Shown here: in pieces, positions 61,431 to 64,000 of the stretch
Layout: every line of letters begins with the position of its first letter
Position numbering within the stretch: position 1 is the stretch's first letter
Assembly (NCBI GenBank): GCA_963798085.1
Contig: CAWCRS010000009.1
Span: forward strand, 256,001-320,000
Length of the DNA: 64,000 nt
Source: an uncultured Gemmatimonadales bacterium
Lineage (GTDB): Bacteria; Gemmatimonadota; Gemmatimonadetes; Longimicrobiales; RSA9
Reading direction: 5' to 3'
Position numbers and translations under genes: made by a program
The notes under the pieces: model-generated
The model's database searches: none
The model's input: the letters and a program-made list of their open reading frames with translations, nothing else
What the model was told of the DNA's origin: nothing

Positions 61431-62168
61431 ATGAAGGACCGCCAGGATGCTTTCGGTCACGCGTTGCGCGACCAGCTGACGGGCAGCGATGCCGTCGAGC
61501 TGATCGAGCGCGATGACGGTTACATTGATGTCTCCGCCCCGGCCCTCGCCTACTTCGCGCCGCCCGCACAGTGGCGCGAGCCGGCTCTGCAGGCGCTCGC
61601 GGAGTGCCGCGGCCGCGTGCTCGATGTCGGCTGCGGCGCCGGACGCTTCGCGCTGGCGCTGCAGGAGCGCGGGCACGAAGTCGTCGCCATTGATGTGTCG
61701 CCGCTGGCCGTCGAGGTGTGCCGCCTGCGCGGTGTGCGCGACGCGCGCGTGCTCCCTCTGCGCAGGGTGAGCCGCCGGCTGGGGATCTTCGACACGGTGG
61801 CGATGATGGGCAACAACTTCGGTCTGTTCGGCAGCGCGCGCGAACTGCACCGTAGCCTGGCGCGTCTTCACCGCATGACATTGGGAGTCGGCCGCATCGT
61901 GGCGGAGAGCATGGATCCGCTGGCGACAGTGGAGGCCGCGCACCTCGAGTATCACGAGCGCAACCGGCGCAAAGGGCGACTTCCCGGCCAGATCCACATG
62001 CGTGTACGTTATCATCAGTATTGCGGTCCGTGGTTCGACTATCTGTTCGTTTCCCGCAGCGAGATGACGGAGCTGCTCGAGGACACTGACTGGCGAGTGG
62101 CCAGCATCCTGGAATCCGGAGGACCCGTCTATGTGGCCATCCTCGAAAAGCGGCAGGCGACGTCCTGA
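61431..62168 (+). CDS. Class I SAM-dependent methyltransferase
   Basis: DAFGHAL, IERDDG, VLDVGCGAGR, FDTVAMMGNNFGL and WFDYL. Confidence 0.9.
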   Translation: MKDRQDAFGHALRDQLTGSDAVELIERDDGYIDVSAPALAYFAPPAQWREPALQALAECRGRVLDVGCGAGRFALALQERGHEVVAIDVSPLAVEVCRLRGVRDARVLPLRRVSRRLGIFDTVAMMGNNFGLFGSARELHRSLARLHRMTLGVGRIVAESMDPLATVEAAHLEYHERNRRKGRLPGQIHMRVRYHQYCGPWFDYLFVSRSEMTELLEDTDWRVASILESGGPVYVAILEKRQATS

Positions 62169-62574
62169 CCTGCGCTGCCGGCGCGCCGGCCTGCTGGCCT
62201 GCTGCCTCGTGCTCGCCGGCGCGGCCTGCGGCAATGTCAACGATCCGATCGAGTTCCAGTACACGGTCGAAGAAGTCGCCAGCGCCGACCTGCCGCAGTA
62301 CGATGTCACGAAACTCTACGCGGCACGCCAGAACACCACGAACATAGACTCCCTGCTGAACGTGCTGGTCGGCGCGAAGATGCCGGTGAGCGAAATCTGG
62401 CTGCCCCTGAGCGACGCCTGCGCTTCCGCCGGGGATCCGGTGGGTCCTCACCTGACAGTGGTGCTGGAGGATCCGCGCAGCGCGATGTCCAACTTCAATT
62501 TCGATCCGGGCAACGGCATCCGCGCCTGTACCATGACGGTGCGGCGCTACGTGCTGGTCGTACGCTTTCCTTGA
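62131..62574 (+). CDS. Hypothetical lipoprotein
   Basis: Hydrophobic stretch with GAA-C lipobox and coding-like codon use. The start is uncertain. Confidence 0.6.
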   Translation: MWPSSKSGRRRPDLRCRRAGLLACCLVLAGAACGNVNDPIEFQYTVEEVASADLPQYDVTKLYAARQNTTNIDSLLNVLVGAKMPVSEIWLPLSDACASAGDPVGPHLTVVLEDPRSAMSNFNFDPGNGIRACTMTVRRYVLVVRFP

Positions 62575-63794
62575 GCGAACCGCTGCGTCGAAGCGCCCCC
62601 GGCATCGCGCTCGCGGGCGCGACGTTGCTGACGTTCGCCTGTGGTCCGCGGTCGCCCGATGCGCCCGTCATTGTGCGCGACAGCGCGGGCATCACCCTCG
62701 TACAGAACTACGCCCCCGTGTGGGACGATCGCGCCGCCTGGCGCGTAACCACAGCACCCGACATTCGCATTGCCGCAGCCGGCGACAGCGGTGGTCTGCG
62801 TGAAGTCATGGGCGCGCTGCGCCTGCCGGACGCGCGCATCGTGGTGGCCAGCGGCGCCACGCGCGAGCTGCACTTCTACGACGTGCTGGGCCACTACCGC
62901 AGCACGGCCGGTGGTGAGGGCGAGGGCCCGGGTCAGTTCCGTACGCTCGCCCGGCTGGCGCTGCTGCCGCCCGATTCGCTGCTGGCGTGGGACCCGCAGC
63001 GGGCGCGTGTATCCGTGTTCACTTCTAACGGCGAGTTTGGGCGGGCGTTTGGCGTGCCGCCGCTGCTGCCGGCTGAAGCCGGTGCTGTCGCCGGCGCTTT
63101 CGCGGATGGCTCGATTCTGCTGCTGGGCCGCCGCGTACTCGGCATGGGTGACGACGCGACCGGTTCCAGCCGCGATTCGGTGACGGCGTATCATCTGTCC
63201 CGGGATGGCGCGCGTCTGGACACGCTGGGTCGCTTTCCCGTCGAAGAGCGCTTCACCTTCGCGGGCGAGGGCGGCAATGTGATGGCCCCCCCACCGTTCT
63301 CGCCCGAGGGCATCTTCGCCGCCGCCGGCGACCACCTGCTCTATGGCTGGAGCAGCGGCTGGCAGATCCAGGTGCTGGCGCCGGATGGGCGCTTGCTCCG
63401 CAGCGTGCGCAGCAGCGATCCTCTGCCGCGCGTCACCCGCGTGGATACCGCGGCCGAGCGCGCGGCGAGGCTCGCGCCGCTGCGCGAGGCCAGCTCGCGT
63501 GCCCGCATGAACGCGATGCTGGATGCGGCGCCCTGGCCCCGGCTCATGCCCGCGTTCCGCAACATCGTGGTGGACGACGCGGGTGATGCCTGGGTCGAGC
63601 ACTACCGCCGCCCCGGCGATGCGCAGCCACGCTGGACGGTGTTCGATCGCACCGGTCGCATGCTGGGCACGCTGACCACGCCGCCGGGACTCCAGATCCT
63701 GCAGATCGGCGCGGACTTCGTGCTGGGCGCGGTCACCGACTCACTCGGTGTCGCGACCGTCCAGCTGCACGCACTGGCGCGCAACGCACACTGA
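62571..63794 (+). CDS. 6-bladed beta-propeller family lipoprotein
   Basis: FA-C lipobox, VRDSAGITLVQN, GGEGEGPGQF and WTVFDRTGRMLG. Confidence 0.8.
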   Translation: MSEPLRRSAPGIALAGATLLTFACGPRSPDAPVIVRDSAGITLVQNYAPVWDDRAAWRVTTAPDIRIAAAGDSGGLREVMGALRLPDARIVVASGATRELHFYDVLGHYRSTAGGEGEGPGQFRTLARLALLPPDSLLAWDPQRARVSVFTSNGEFGRAFGVPPLLPAEAGAVAGAFADGSILLLGRRVLGMGDDATGSSRDSVTAYHLSRDGARLDTLGRFPVEERFTFAGEGGNVMAPPPFSPEGIFAAAGDHLLYGWSSGWQIQVLAPDGRLLRSVRSSDPLPRVTRVDTAAERAARLAPLREASSRARMNAMLDAAPWPRLMPAFRNIVVDDAGDAWVEHYRRPGDAQPRWTVFDRTGRMLGTLTTPPGLQILQIGADFVLGAVTDSLGVATVQLHALARNAH

Positions 63795-63816
63795 CAACCG
63801 GCGGTCCGCACGAGCC

Positions 63817-64000
63817 ATGAACTCGCGAAACCCGACGCTGCGCTTCCTCGGCACTGCCGCCGTGCTCGTGCTCGCTGCCCTGGCGCTCGATCGCTGGGCG
63901 TACGAGCACATCGTGTACGCGCGCGTCTACGAGCAGGACTGGGGCCGCATGCTGCGCAGCATGGGGTTCCTGCCGTTCTGGATGTGTGGGGCGCTGGCGC
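63817..64000 (+). CDS. Membrane protein, possibly PAP2 family (5' part only)
   Basis: MNSRNPTLRFLGTAAVLVLAALALDRWAYEH..DWGRMLRSMGFLPFW, open to the window end. The catalytic motifs are not visible. Confidence 0.5.
   Translation, partial: MNSRNPTLRFLGTAAVLVLAALALDRWAYEHIVYARVYEQDWGRMLRSMGFLPFWMCGALA

Overview
This is GC-rich (about 68-70% by eye) bacterial chromosomal DNA, most likely Gemmatimonadota. That call is inferred from the ADOP/PadR expansion, the 'VRDSAGI..V.N' beta-propeller family and the amidohydrolase-PD40 fusion. From left to right it holds: the 5' end of lepB; a 1.1 kb structured intergenic region; hutU-hutF-S2P/CBS-NUDIX-AAA; a cupredoxin/CHRD/outer-membrane trio; dCMP deaminase and NUDIX; ADOP (MacB-like orphan) permeases; a PQQ sugar dehydrogenase; and a PD40-amidohydrolase. 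It continues with an HTH-EIIA-led Ehr (hyf-like, Ni-less) membrane complex, a DUF4242-cyclase fusion, an XRE-PBP/modABC operon, kup, two convergent PadR-ADOP operons and several secreted proteins. There are eight ADOP permeases in total and no cognate ATPase. I recognised no rRNA, tRNA, CRISPR array, transposase or integrase. The best leads are: (1) an Ehr small subunit that has lost all four ligands of its Fe-S cluster; (2) PadR-linked ADOPs that, unlike the PadR-free ones, all carry an extra N-terminal module, with 15-nt-period operators upstream of both padR genes; (3) a terminated, highly structured candidate ncRNA at about 711-960(-); (4) an array of recombinase-core-like TRACA-N3-TGTYA sites at about 24.5 kb; and (5) three families of palindromic intergenic elements, one inside the Ehr operon and in frame in two permease genes. 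Seven single-base frameshifts are probably assembly errors.
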